Shown: positions 29,959 to 39,161 of the stretch, piece by piece | Numbering within the stretch: position 1 is the first letter of the stretch | Layout: each line of letters opens with the position of its first letter | NCBI GenBank assembly: GCA_964530135.1 | Contig: CAZGXN010000006.1 | Location: forward strand, 5,396-69,395 | DNA length: 64,000 nt | Direction: 5' to 3' | Origin: an uncultured Bdellovibrionales bacterium | GTDB lineage: Bacteria > Patescibacteriota > Minisyncoccia > Moranbacterales > UBA1568 | Notes under the pieces: generated by a model | Database searches by the model: none | Seen by the model: the letters and a program-made list of their open reading frames with translations, nothing else | Told to the model about the DNA's origin: nothing | Made by a program: the position numbers and the translations under genes

Positions 29959-30094
29959 AGGTGTAAGATTATGTACTTAGACTCCCTTGACTCTCTGAGG
30001 AGTACAGCTTCAGTATAGGCTTCTCGGGGATGATTGACAAAAAACGCCCCAGCACTCAGCTAGGGCATTTTCACTCAAAAGCACAAGAACACGC

Positions 30095-30346
30095 TTAGGA
30101 GAGGTGTTTTCCGATGAGTTTCGTCATCTCGAACATATTCACCGTATCCTTGCCAAACACCGCCTTGAGGGCCGCGTCATTGTTGATGTTCCGCTTGTTT
30201 TCCGGATCCTGGAGATTCTTGCTCTTGATGTAGGCCCAGAGCTGCTTCGTCACTTCCGAACGGGGCATCGGCCCAGCACCTACCACGACCGCGAGTTCTG
30301 GGCTGATCTGCATCGGCTTCATGAACGCGGAGTTACTCGTCGCCAT
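30095..30346 (-). CDS. SWIB/MDM2 domain protein
   Basis: ISPELAVVVGAGPMPRSEVTKQLWAYIKSKNLQDPENKRNINNDAALKAVFGKDTVNMFEMTKLIGKHL matches the SWIB consensus. Confidence 0.7.
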   Translation of the reverse strand: MATSNSAFMKPMQISPELAVVVGAGPMPRSEVTKQLWAYIKSKNLQDPENKRNINNDAALKAVFGKDTVNMFEMTKLIGKHLS

Positions 30347-30677
30347 AATTTCCTGCTTTAGGGGTTACGGCTCCCATTATACACCTCTCGGAGGTTTTGG
30401 CTACCCGCTCGGCAGTCAATGGAGCACAAAGAAGTAAAGTATTTGGGCATTCGAACCCATGAGGAGCGGGCAGAGAAGTGTTTTGACCAATAGGCATCAG
30501 AGCGCGATCGACCTTGTTTCATCTGATCTGACGATACTAGAAGAGAGTGTTCCCGAGTTACCGGAGGACGGCTTGCTTCCTTTTTTCCCTCTTGATAGGA
30601 TAACCATGGCTGCATCGGTTGCATGCCATTGTCCAAACGGGCAATTTTTTGTTGGCTTATTTCATATACCCTTTCCT

Positions 30678-31106
30678 ATGTCTCCGCACCGACCAACCAA
30701 TGTGACTGTAAGACGCTCACGCGCTGGCCTCGGACTTTTTGCTGCGACAGCGTTGAAAAAGGGCGAGACAATCATCGAATACATCGGCAAACGGATCCCG
30801 TCTGCGGTCGCGGATACATTGAACAACAGCTATATCTTTACCGTGAATCGCAAAATTGATATTGACGGGAGCCCGCGCTGGAATACGGCTCGCTATGCCA
30901 ATCACTCGTGTCGTCCGAACTGCGAGTCCGTCATCCGTCGTGGCCGAGTTTTCATCGTCGCTCGAAAAAACATCGCGCCCGGGGAGGAACTCACCTATGA
31001 CTATGGCAAAGATTTCTTTAATGAATTCATCAAACCATTTGGCTGCAAGTGTGTGAAGTGCCTCGCAAAACCAGTGCTCAAGAAAAAACATAACTCATCT
31101 ACCTAG
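30678..31106 (+). CDS. SET-domain protein (putative protein lysine methyltransferase) with post-SET Cys cluster
   Basis: GLGLFA, NHSCRPNC, ELTYDYG, C-terminal CKCVKC. Confidence 0.8.
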   Translation: MSPHRPTNVTVRRSRAGLGLFAATALKKGETIIEYIGKRIPSAVADTLNNSYIFTVNRKIDIDGSPRWNTARYANHSCRPNCESVIRRGRVFIVARKNIAPGEELTYDYGKDFFNEFIKPFGCKCVKCLAKPVLKKKHNSST

Positions 31107-31163
31107 CGGCCCAGCCCCTCTCTGATTGACGGAGGCAGCGATTTGTGGGATGCTCTCTGCACT

Positions 31164-31910
31164 ATGAATGAGCCGATCCCTTTTCCTATCCGTATCAATC
31201 GTTACCTCGCTCTCCGAGGTATCGCGACGCGTACGGCGGCAGATGCACTCATCACAGCGGGCAAGGTTTTCATCAATGGGCAGCCCGCCACGCTCGGCAC
31301 CAAAGTACTCGAGGGGGATAGTGTCGAGGTGAAACGCGGTGGCCGAGAACGAGTCTATCGCTATATCGCGTATTACAAGCCGCGCGGTATCATCACCCAC
31401 TCGCCCGAGCGGGGAGAAAAAGCGATCACGGATATTTTTTTTGAGAAAGGCCTCTTTCCGGTTGGCCGACTCGATAAGGCATCGGAGGGACTCATCATCC
31501 TGACCGATGACGGACGGATAACCGAGCGTCTTCTCCATCCGCGCTTCGTACATGAGAAGGAATACGAAGTTATCGTACAAGAGTCTATCTTGCCTGGGGT
31601 CGAAGAAAAACTATTGGCCGGTATCGAGAGTGAAGGCGAATGGTTGCGAGCGCGGCAGGTACAGAAAACCGGTCGCTCAGCGTTGAAGATCATCCTCACT
31701 GAGGGCAAAAAACATCAGATTCGGCGCATGCTCGCCGCCCTTCATCTGACAGTGAAAGAACTGAAACGAGTGCGTATCATGCAAGTCGGCTTGGGGGATT
31801 TGATGCCAGGTGAGGGACGCCGCCTCGTGGGGACTGAACGGGCCACCTTTCTGGCGGACATTGGTCTTGCACAAGCGAATCTGACATCAACCCCGCATCT
31901 GAATACTTGA
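31164..31910 (+). CDS. pseudouridine synthase, RsuA/RluB family (S4 domain + catalytic domain)
   Basis: S4-like N-terminus RINRYLALRGIATRTAADALI; catalytic GRLDKASEGLIILTDDG. Confidence 0.8.
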   Translation: MNEPIPFPIRINRYLALRGIATRTAADALITAGKVFINGQPATLGTKVLEGDSVEVKRGGRERVYRYIAYYKPRGIITHSPERGEKAITDIFFEKGLFPVGRLDKASEGLIILTDDGRITERLLHPRFVHEKEYEVIVQESILPGVEEKLLAGIESEGEWLRARQVQKTGRSALKIILTEGKKHQIRRMLAALHLTVKELKRVRIMQVGLGDLMPGEGRRLVGTERATFLADIGLAQANLTSTPHLNT

Positions 31911-32088
31911 AAAGAATACTTGGTGGTGGGGTGGTAAGGACGGTTTCCTCCTCACAACCAATTCGTCCATCTTGACAAAAAAAACAAAACCTGATTAGAT
32001 AGACTTTCGTCCTAGAGAAGAGAACTCGTTTTTTATCCCAGCTATCCGGGCATCAACCACCGGATTTTGTCGGGAATATACACAGAAT

Positions 32089-32514
32089 ATGGATATATCT
32101 GCTCTGTTCAAATTTCGCCAAGCCGCCATGTATGGTTTCATCGGACTTTCGGCGGTTATCGTCGATTATACAGTTTTTTATGTACTCCATAATACGCTCT
32201 ATTGGAGTGCTATCATTGCGACAGCGGTTTCGGTTTCTGTTGCGACGGTCTACGCGTTCCTCTTGAATGCGTATTTCAATTTCCAGCAGACAAACCGTCT
32301 TTTTGTGCGTTTCATATCCTATTTCGCTGTTAGCGGAATAGGCCTTCTTATAAGTATGCTCATCTTGTTCTTCTTTAGTGAGCAGAACGGATTCAATTCG
32401 AACATCGTCAAGGCGGCATCAATTCCTTTTATTGTTGCGCTCCAGTATGTGCTCAATGTGTTCGTTTCATTTTCTCAGACGCTCTTCGAGAGGAAGACTT
32501 CATTAAACAAGTAA
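32089..32514 (+). CDS. GtrA-like family membrane protein (polysaccharide synthesis / flippase-associated)
   Basis: 4 TM, about 140 aa, N-terminal FKFRQAAMYGFIGLSAVIVDY typical of GtrA. Confidence 0.55.
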   Translation: MDISALFKFRQAAMYGFIGLSAVIVDYTVFYVLHNTLYWSAIIATAVSVSVATVYAFLLNAYFNFQQTNRLFVRFISYFAVSGIGLLISMLILFFFSEQNGFNSNIVKAASIPFIVALQYVLNVFVSFSQTLFERKTSLNK

Positions 32515-32540
32515 GGCCAGTGTGCCAAATTCACATGGTT

Positions 32541-33866
32541 ATGAGTCAGCCACAAAAGCGGGTAGCTATCATCGGCGGGGGATTCGCAGGCCTTGCGGCA
32601 GCGTATCATCTCGGTAAGGCAGGGATCCATGTAACGCTCTACGAGCGCGCCTCGACTCTCGGCGGACTTGCCGGTGGGTTCTCGCTTCTCGGTATGCCTC
32701 TCGAAAAGGCGTATCATTTTTTCTACAAGACCGATCGTCATCTGCTCGGATTCGCCGAAGAGCTCGGCATCAGCGCGAAAGCTGCATTTTATAAAAGCTC
32801 AGTTTCGACCTATTTTGGTGGCAAGCTGTATCCCTTCATGAGTGCCAAAGATCTGCTTACTTTTAGCCCACTCCCATTTCTCGATCGGATCCGCTTCGGA
32901 GTAACAGCGCTTTACCTCCAATTCCTGAAGGACTGGAAGTCGCTTTCGAAGATCACAGCCTACGAGTGGCTCAAGAAATGGGCTGGACCCAAGGTGACAG
33001 AGGTTATCTGGGAGCCGCTCCTCAAGGGGAAATTCAATAAGTACTATAAAGATATCGCCATGTCATGGCTCTGGCGGCGTATCCAGATACGCGCTGTCTC
33101 AAAGGATAAGGGAGTCGAAATGTTGGGCTACTTTCATGGTGGATTCGTTGCAATCATCGACGCCGCGGCCGAGAAGATCAGGAGTTTCGGCGGAATAATC
33201 ATAACGAATCAGGGAATTGACCGGATCGAGTCAGATGAGAATGGTGCTGGGCTCGTCGTGAACGGCGAACGTCGAATTTATGACGCAGTCATTGCGACGG
33301 TTCCATCTCCGGCTTTCGCTCATCTCGTTGCTGGAAATGCCGGTGTGACCGAAGACTATCTCGCCAAGCTCAAAAGCATTGATTATCTCGGTGCCGTCAT
33401 TATGGTTTTCGCGACCGATCAGGAAATCAGCTCATATTTCTGGCACAACATTAATGATTCGGAAATTCCGTTCCTCGTACTCCTTTCAACTTCCGCCTTG
33501 ACTGGAACGCAGGCCTTCAAGGGCAAGCACATTTACTACATCGGTGCCTATGTCCCAGCTGAACATCGCTACTTCTCCGATTCTGAAGCAGCTATTATGA
33601 ATGAGTGGAAAACAGGACTAAAGAAGATGTTTGCACATTTTGATGAGTCGAAGATCCTTGAGGAAAAACTTTTCCGGTTCAAGGATGCTCAGCATATCGT
33701 CGGCATCGACTATATCGACAAGATTCCAGCCTATGAATCTCCAGTGAAGAATGTTTATCTCTCGAATTTTTCTCAAATTTTTCCGGATGACCGAGGAACG
33801 AATTACGCTATAGAGGAGGGGAAGAAGATCGCCGAGCTTGTGCGAAAGAATCTGTCCGTCGCTTGA
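32541..33866 (+). CDS. FAD/NAD(P)-binding oxidoreductase (amine-oxidase / phytoene-desaturase-like fold)
   Basis: Rossmann dinucleotide motif VAIIGGGFAGLAAAYHL...VTLYERASTLGG. Confidence 0.65.
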   Translation: MSQPQKRVAIIGGGFAGLAAAYHLGKAGIHVTLYERASTLGGLAGGFSLLGMPLEKAYHFFYKTDRHLLGFAEELGISAKAAFYKSSVSTYFGGKLYPFMSAKDLLTFSPLPFLDRIRFGVTALYLQFLKDWKSLSKITAYEWLKKWAGPKVTEVIWEPLLKGKFNKYYKDIAMSWLWRRIQIRAVSKDKGVEMLGYFHGGFVAIIDAAAEKIRSFGGIIITNQGIDRIESDENGAGLVVNGERRIYDAVIATVPSPAFAHLVAGNAGVTEDYLAKLKSIDYLGAVIMVFATDQEISSYFWHNINDSEIPFLVLLSTSALTGTQAFKGKHIYYIGAYVPAEHRYFSDSEAAIMNEWKTGLKKMFAHFDESKILEEKLFRFKDAQHIVGIDYIDKIPAYESPVKNVYLSNFSQIFPDDRGTNYAIEEGKKIAELVRKNLSVA

Positions 33867-33877
33867 ATGTAAGCACT

Positions 33878-36733
33878 ATGACAAAGACTGAAGTTATCAA
33901 GAAACTCGATCTCACGATATTACTTCCGACTTATAATGAGGCGGCAAATATTGCTCCTTTGCTGCGTGCTATCGCCCAGGCTCTCAAAGAGGTTCCAGTC
34001 GACTACGAAATTGTTTTTATCGACGATAGCTCGGATATGACGCCGGATGTCATTCGGAAAATGCAGGAATTATATCCGAATCTACGGCTGATTCATCGGC
34101 CACCTGAGGCGCGAAATGGTCTCGCGACGGCCCTTATCGATGGGTTTTCCGCCGCGAAAGGCGAATATATTCTTTGTATGGATTCTGATCTCCAACACTC
34201 GCCCCAGACTATCCCGCGGCTTCTGGCCAAACTCCGTGAAAGTAAAGCTGATATCGTAGTTGCGACGCGTTACGCTGGCGATGGAAGCGCCGAGGGACTT
34301 GGAAGCCTCTATCGACGAGCCGTGTCGCATCTCTGCCGGCTCGCCTCATGGTGCCTTATCCCTCAAACTCGGAAAACCACCGATCCCGGAAGCGGCTTCT
34401 TCGTATTCCGGAAGTCGATTGTGAATATGGTGAATTTTCGAGGATTGCGAGGATTTAAAATCCTTATCGACATTCTCGCTCGGACCAAAAAGCTACATGT
34501 CGCCGAAGTTCCATTCACTTTTCTCAAGCGGACAAATAACAAGAGCAAGGCGACGGTCGAACAGGGATTCGCTTTTATTTTCCATCTCTTCACACTTAAA
34601 TATCTCGATTACTTTCCGGCCAAGGTCGTGAAACAGGCCAAGAGCGTTGAAAGTGCTGTTTCGGTCGTCCAAAAGCCTTTCAGCGCGAGACAGGCTTTAC
34701 CAGGCTTGATCGCTGACGGGTCGATTGCGATTCTCATTGCCTTCGCTGGATGGTATCTCATTGGTTACTATGCCGCCTTCAATTATCTTTATACCGGATA
34801 TGAAGACTGGATATATCACGCTTTCCGCGTGAAATCGCTCCAGGACCATGGCATGGTGTCGTGGGACCATGTCTGGAGCAATGGCATCAGCTACTGGAAA
34901 CTCTATCAGTATGTTGCTCACTTGCTCATTCTCGCTATCGTCAAACTCACCAGTTTGCCGATTACCAAAGTTCTCCTCCTCTCGCTTGTCGGGCTGTATA
35001 TTGGTCTCCGTGTGACTCTCTATTTTATCCTGCGTTCGCTTGGTGTGCAGCGTATTTTTGCCCTACTTTCGGTCGTTGCCTCGTACACCATCGTTCAGGA
35101 GTGGGGATCGATGCAAGACTATTCGATATATGTCGCGTTCATCGCGTTCCCACTCTACCTCGTCCTATGGATAATGACGTTCCGTGATCTCAAATGGATA
35201 TATCTCCTGGCGGCTGTAACTGGTGCAGTGTGGACGTTCCATCCGGTGCTTGGATTTAATGCGACCATCCTGCTTGGCTTCCTCGCCTTATTCTCTCGGC
35301 TCAAGACCGACTTCTCGAAGCTTGTCCGGGTCGGTCTAGTCTATTTGTTCGCCGCCGCACCATTTTGGGTGTCGTATTTTACGGCAGGCTATTTCTTTAC
35401 CAATCCGCTTTTTAAGTCGTATATCTATCTTTCAACATCGGTTCTCGCCCCATACGCCGGGCTCAGTATGATTTACTGGATTCTCATTGGACTCTCGTGG
35501 GGGCTTGTCATCTGGCGCTCGAGTCTTGTCCCGACCTGGACGAAAGTACTCCTCGTGTATGCTTCGTTCTATCTCATCCTTATCTATCTCGGCCAGCAGA
35601 ATTACCTTCCGAATTTCTTGGTTCAGTTCCAGTTCTCGCGGGGACTGACGGCTGTCGCTTTTGCACTCGTGTTTGTTTTCGGATCCGTACTACATCACAC
35701 ACTCGGCCAGGCACACATGCAGGCCATCCGTTTCGTCGCGGCCGTGCTCATAGCGACAGCCGCTGTTCACGCTGTTGACATTGCTTCCCGGTTCTATGTC
35801 TCGCCGCCGGTGAATGAAATTCAGAATGCGGTGGCGACGTATTTCAAAGACCGCGAGTTGCCAAAGGGGAGTATCTTTACTGAGAATGTTTCCGAAGCGA
35901 CATATTTTGCCAAGGACGGAATCCGGTATGCTACTTCGTACAATGAGCATATGCAGCCACATCCATATTCGACTCGGCTTCGCATTCTCATGAACAGCCG
36001 ACTCGGATACACTGGGATCTCGAAATCGCATATCACGAATGTCGAGAACTATGCGACTGTCCTTGGGATCGAATATCTCTTCCTTCCGGCCAACTCTCCT
36101 TTGGTCAAGGGCCTGACGGAGAAGGAAGATGCTATGTTCGAAGTGATGGAATACGTCGATAGTGAGCCGCTGACTGATGCGATTGCCGTTCTTCGAAACA
36201 CGAAACCGATCATTTCCGCTTTCGCGCTTGAGAGGTCGGATTTTCCGGACCGGCTTTGGAGTGAAGAGCTTCCACTCCCGACGATTCATGTTGGGTCATA
36301 CAAGCGCTGGGACGACCGGATCGCCGAAATGGCGGTGCTGATGCGCTCAGGGAAAATCATTCCACTCGAGACGGAGTTTGTTCCGACGAACGAGTTGCGG
36401 CTGACTGCGCCCGATCAGGCAAAAGTATTCTTGATAAAAGACCTTCTCGTTATCGTGAACCAAAGTTATGATGCCCGATGGATGGTCGCCGGAGGGGGGA
36501 TGAATGATGTGGCAATCACCCCGACAACACTTCGTTTCATAGCCCTTGAGCGAAGTGAGGGGAGGTTGTTGTTTCCGCTCGCACTCGTGAATGAGTGGCC
36601 GTGGTGGTATTTTCCGGTTCAGGCTTTCGGAGTGACAGCCGTCATCTGTTCGCTTCTCTGGACACTGAAGACTAGTGGTTTCCCGAAACGATTCAAAAAA
36701 ATACTCTCAGAACTATACTATGCCGGCAAATAA
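33878..36733 (+). CDS. fusion of an N-terminal GT2 glycosyltransferase (dolichyl/polyprenyl-phosphate sugar transferase-like) with a large polytopic membrane domain; ORF-track start 33863 is TTG, ATG at 33878 preferred
   Basis: LTILLPTYNEAANI...FIDDSSD...CMDSDLQHSP (DXD-type GT-A motifs), then more than 12 TM helices. Confidence 0.7.
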   Translation: MTKTEVIKKLDLTILLPTYNEAANIAPLLRAIAQALKEVPVDYEIVFIDDSSDMTPDVIRKMQELYPNLRLIHRPPEARNGLATALIDGFSAAKGEYILCMDSDLQHSPQTIPRLLAKLRESKADIVVATRYAGDGSAEGLGSLYRRAVSHLCRLASWCLIPQTRKTTDPGSGFFVFRKSIVNMVNFRGLRGFKILIDILARTKKLHVAEVPFTFLKRTNNKSKATVEQGFAFIFHLFTLKYLDYFPAKVVKQAKSVESAVSVVQKPFSARQALPGLIADGSIAILIAFAGWYLIGYYAAFNYLYTGYEDWIYHAFRVKSLQDHGMVSWDHVWSNGISYWKLYQYVAHLLILAIVKLTSLPITKVLLLSLVGLYIGLRVTLYFILRSLGVQRIFALLSVVASYTIVQEWGSMQDYSIYVAFIAFPLYLVLWIMTFRDLKWIYLLAAVTGAVWTFHPVLGFNATILLGFLALFSRLKTDFSKLVRVGLVYLFAAAPFWVSYFTAGYFFTNPLFKSYIYLSTSVLAPYAGLSMIYWILIGLSWGLVIWRSSLVPTWTKVLLVYASFYLILIYLGQQNYLPNFLVQFQFSRGLTAVAFALVFVFGSVLHHTLGQAHMQAIRFVAAVLIATAAVHAVDIASRFYVSPPVNEIQNAVATYFKDRELPKGSIFTENVSEATYFAKDGIRYATSYNEHMQPHPYSTRLRILMNSRLGYTGISKSHITNVENYATVLGIEYLFLPANSPLVKGLTEKEDAMFEVMEYVDSEPLTDAIAVLRNTKPIISAFALERSDFPDRLWSEELPLPTIHVGSYKRWDDRIAEMAVLMRSGKIIPLETEFVPTNELRLTAPDQAKVFLIKDLLVIVNQSYDARWMVAGGGMNDVAITPTTLRFIALERSEGRLLFPLALVNEWPWWYFPVQAFGVTAVICSLLWTLKTSGFPKRFKKILSELYYAGK

Positions 36734-38246
36734 CACCTCGAAGTCTGAACGCTATCTTGCCTCGACGCGGATCGATAATCTAACGATCGTTTTCCTCCTG
36801 TCCGCGCCGTTCGTCGTCGTATTCTATGCTTCCTTCGTCTTCAATCCGGAGAATGCGGACCACCTGGTTCTCTATGCTTTTCAGGTACTCGCTGACGCGA
36901 TCAGCATCACGGTTTTGGCCGGACTCTGGGTGACTGTTCTTCTTGATGTTGTTGTTGAATGGCATCATCGTCTCCGTCGAGTTTGGGACGCTGCCTTTCT
37001 GGAGACAGAAAAACCGACGATCGACTGCATCATAACGACTTTTAATGAGCCGATCGATGTTGTAGAAAAGACGTTCAAGGCGGTTCTGGCCATGGAGTAT
37101 CCCCACGCGAGCTATGTCTTCGACGATGGCCAGTCAGCCGAAGTGGAGGCACTTGCCAAGAAGCTCGGCATCCGGTATGTGACTCGCGATGACCGCAAGT
37201 ATGCGAAAGCGGGAAACCTGAATAACGGGCTTCAGGACTGCACTGGGGATTTTTTTGCCGTCTTCGATGCCGACCAGGTTCCGAAGCCGGAGTTCATCGT
37301 AACGCTGTTGCCGTATATGGCGAACCGCCGTGTTGCCATGGTGCAATCGCCGCAGCATTATGAGAACACCCATCAGTTCATCGCGGCCGGTGCCGCTCAG
37401 GCCCAGGAGGTTTTCTACCGCTATGTCTGTCCGTCCAAGAATATCTCGAATTCCGCTTTTTGTGTTGGAACGAATATGATTTTTCGCAGGGAAGCTATCG
37501 ACAATATCGGCGGTATCGCTTTCAATAAGTCGGAAGATATCTGGACATCACTCAAGCTTCATGAGAGCGGCTGGCAGACGATCTTTGTGAATAAGATTCT
37601 CGCTATCGGCCAGGCGCCGTCGACAGTTGTCTCGTATTTCAAACAGCAGCTTCGTTGGGCGAGAGGTGGACTTGAGATGCTTTTCTACCACAATCCGCTC
37701 CGTTCAAGCCGGCTCCAGCTTGACCAGCGTATCCAGTACTTCATGTCGAACTCCTTCTTCCTAGTGGGGATTTCGATCGCGGTGTACCTTATTTTCCCGC
37801 TCCTCTATCTTCTTTTCTCGATCAAGCCGCTCGAAACGGAATCGCCGTTCACCTGGCTTATCCATTACGTTCCTTTCTTTCTGCTCTACTATTCCCTAAC
37901 CTGGCTCCTGACTGGCCGGCTATCAGTTTCGACGCTTGCGACAGCACTGGCTACTTTCTACCCGTATCTCCTTGCTCTCTTCTCGGTGTTTTTTGATAAA
38001 GAACATGAGTGGACAGCGACGACTTCGAAGAAGAGCTCGGAAGACTTCTTCATGAAATGGGCGTGGCCGCACGTCTTCATCATCATACTTACCCCACTCG
38101 CACTCATCGTCGGTTGGTATAATAATTACGACTTCTGGTCAGGGCTGTTCTACTCCGCATGGTCGGTGATCAACATGCTTCTCCTCTATGTGTTTATAAC
38201 GGGAGAGGGGCGCTCCGGCATCCGGGCGAAAACTACCGTCATCTAA
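36720..38246 (+). CDS. processive GT2 beta-glycan synthase (cellulose/curdlan-synthase-like), membrane-embedded
   Basis: DCIITTFNEP, FDDGQS, AKAGNLNNGL, FDADQVP, QSPQHY, FCVGTNMIFRREA and the QQLRWARGG (QxxRW) motif. Confidence 0.8.
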   Translation: MPANNTSKSERYLASTRIDNLTIVFLLSAPFVVVFYASFVFNPENADHLVLYAFQVLADAISITVLAGLWVTVLLDVVVEWHHRLRRVWDAAFLETEKPTIDCIITTFNEPIDVVEKTFKAVLAMEYPHASYVFDDGQSAEVEALAKKLGIRYVTRDDRKYAKAGNLNNGLQDCTGDFFAVFDADQVPKPEFIVTLLPYMANRRVAMVQSPQHYENTHQFIAAGAAQAQEVFYRYVCPSKNISNSAFCVGTNMIFRREAIDNIGGIAFNKSEDIWTSLKLHESGWQTIFVNKILAIGQAPSTVVSYFKQQLRWARGGLEMLFYHNPLRSSRLQLDQRIQYFMSNSFFLVGISIAVYLIFPLLYLLFSIKPLETESPFTWLIHYVPFFLLYYSLTWLLTGRLSVSTLATALATFYPYLLALFSVFFDKEHEWTATTSKKSSEDFFMKWAWPHVFIIILTPLALIVGWYNNYDFWSGLFYSAWSVINMLLLYVFITGEGRSGIRAKTTVI

Positions 38247-38276
38247 TATCATCAACCACTTTTTAATCACCCTCCT

Positions 38277-39161
38277 ATGGCCACATCGAACTCACAGTCA
38301 ATCAGAAGCTTCCTCACAAATTCGGGATATCTCATCCTTGTGTTTGTCTTCGCTTTCGCGGTCGCTACCCAGGCGCTCATGCACAAGATTAATAACTATG
38401 AGCTCAATAAGAGCCTTCTCTTTCTGACAGTGAAGAAAGAACGCGTCGATGTCTCGACTACAGTTCCCGGACGGATCGAAGAGATTCTCGTCCGCCCAGG
38501 CGTCCACGTGAAGTCTGGCGAAATCGTTGCGCGACTGAAGGATGAGAGTCGCAATTTCAAGATCGCTGCGCTTCGGGATGTCGCGGATCAGAACCTTTCC
38601 GCTCGGACCGAGTTGGAACTGCTTTTGGCCCAGACCGAGGAATATGACATCCGCGCCCCCCGCGACGGCGTCGTGGAGCGGGTGTATGCTTCGAAGGGTA
38701 CATCAGTGATCGAAGGAGTGGTCATCCTCAGTATCTATGCGGACGAGGATATGCAGCTTGTCGGAAACATTCGGCCGGAGCAGTACAACCTTATCGACAA
38801 GCACCGGGGCATCAGTGTCTTCAATCCGCGTCTCGGTCAAGCCTTCACCGCTTCGTTCCAGGGTATTACTGGGGTTCGCGATGACATGCTTCCTGATGGG
38901 ACCAAAGTGCCGATGTCGACCGACCTCAGTCAAACCAAGAATGAGCTATATGAAATCCGTTTCGCGTTGAATGAGAAAGAGGAGGGCGCATCGTTCATCG
39001 AAGGGGAGAAGCTCGAGATCATCTCGGAGAATATCGATATCGAGCAGCAGAAGCCGCTCTACCGGCTCGCCAAGCTTTGGAACAGCCTGATTCTCGGAAC
39101 AGACTTCGAGTCGCTTCGGAAGTATAATGAAGGAAAAAATGACATTCCAAAATCGCAGTAA
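38277..39161 (+). CDS. HlyD-family membrane fusion / periplasmic adaptor-like protein
   Basis: N-terminal TM, biotin-lipoyl-like hairpin VPGRIEEILVRPGVHVKSGEIVARL. Confidence 0.5.
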   Translation: MATSNSQSIRSFLTNSGYLILVFVFAFAVATQALMHKINNYELNKSLLFLTVKKERVDVSTTVPGRIEEILVRPGVHVKSGEIVARLKDESRNFKIAALRDVADQNLSARTELELLLAQTEEYDIRAPRDGVVERVYASKGTSVIEGVVILSIYADEDMQLVGNIRPEQYNLIDKHRGISVFNPRLGQAFTASFQGITGVRDDMLPDGTKVPMSTDLSQTKNELYEIRFALNEKEEGASFIEGEKLEIISENIDIEQQKPLYRLAKLWNSLILGTDFESLRKYNEGKNDIPKSQ

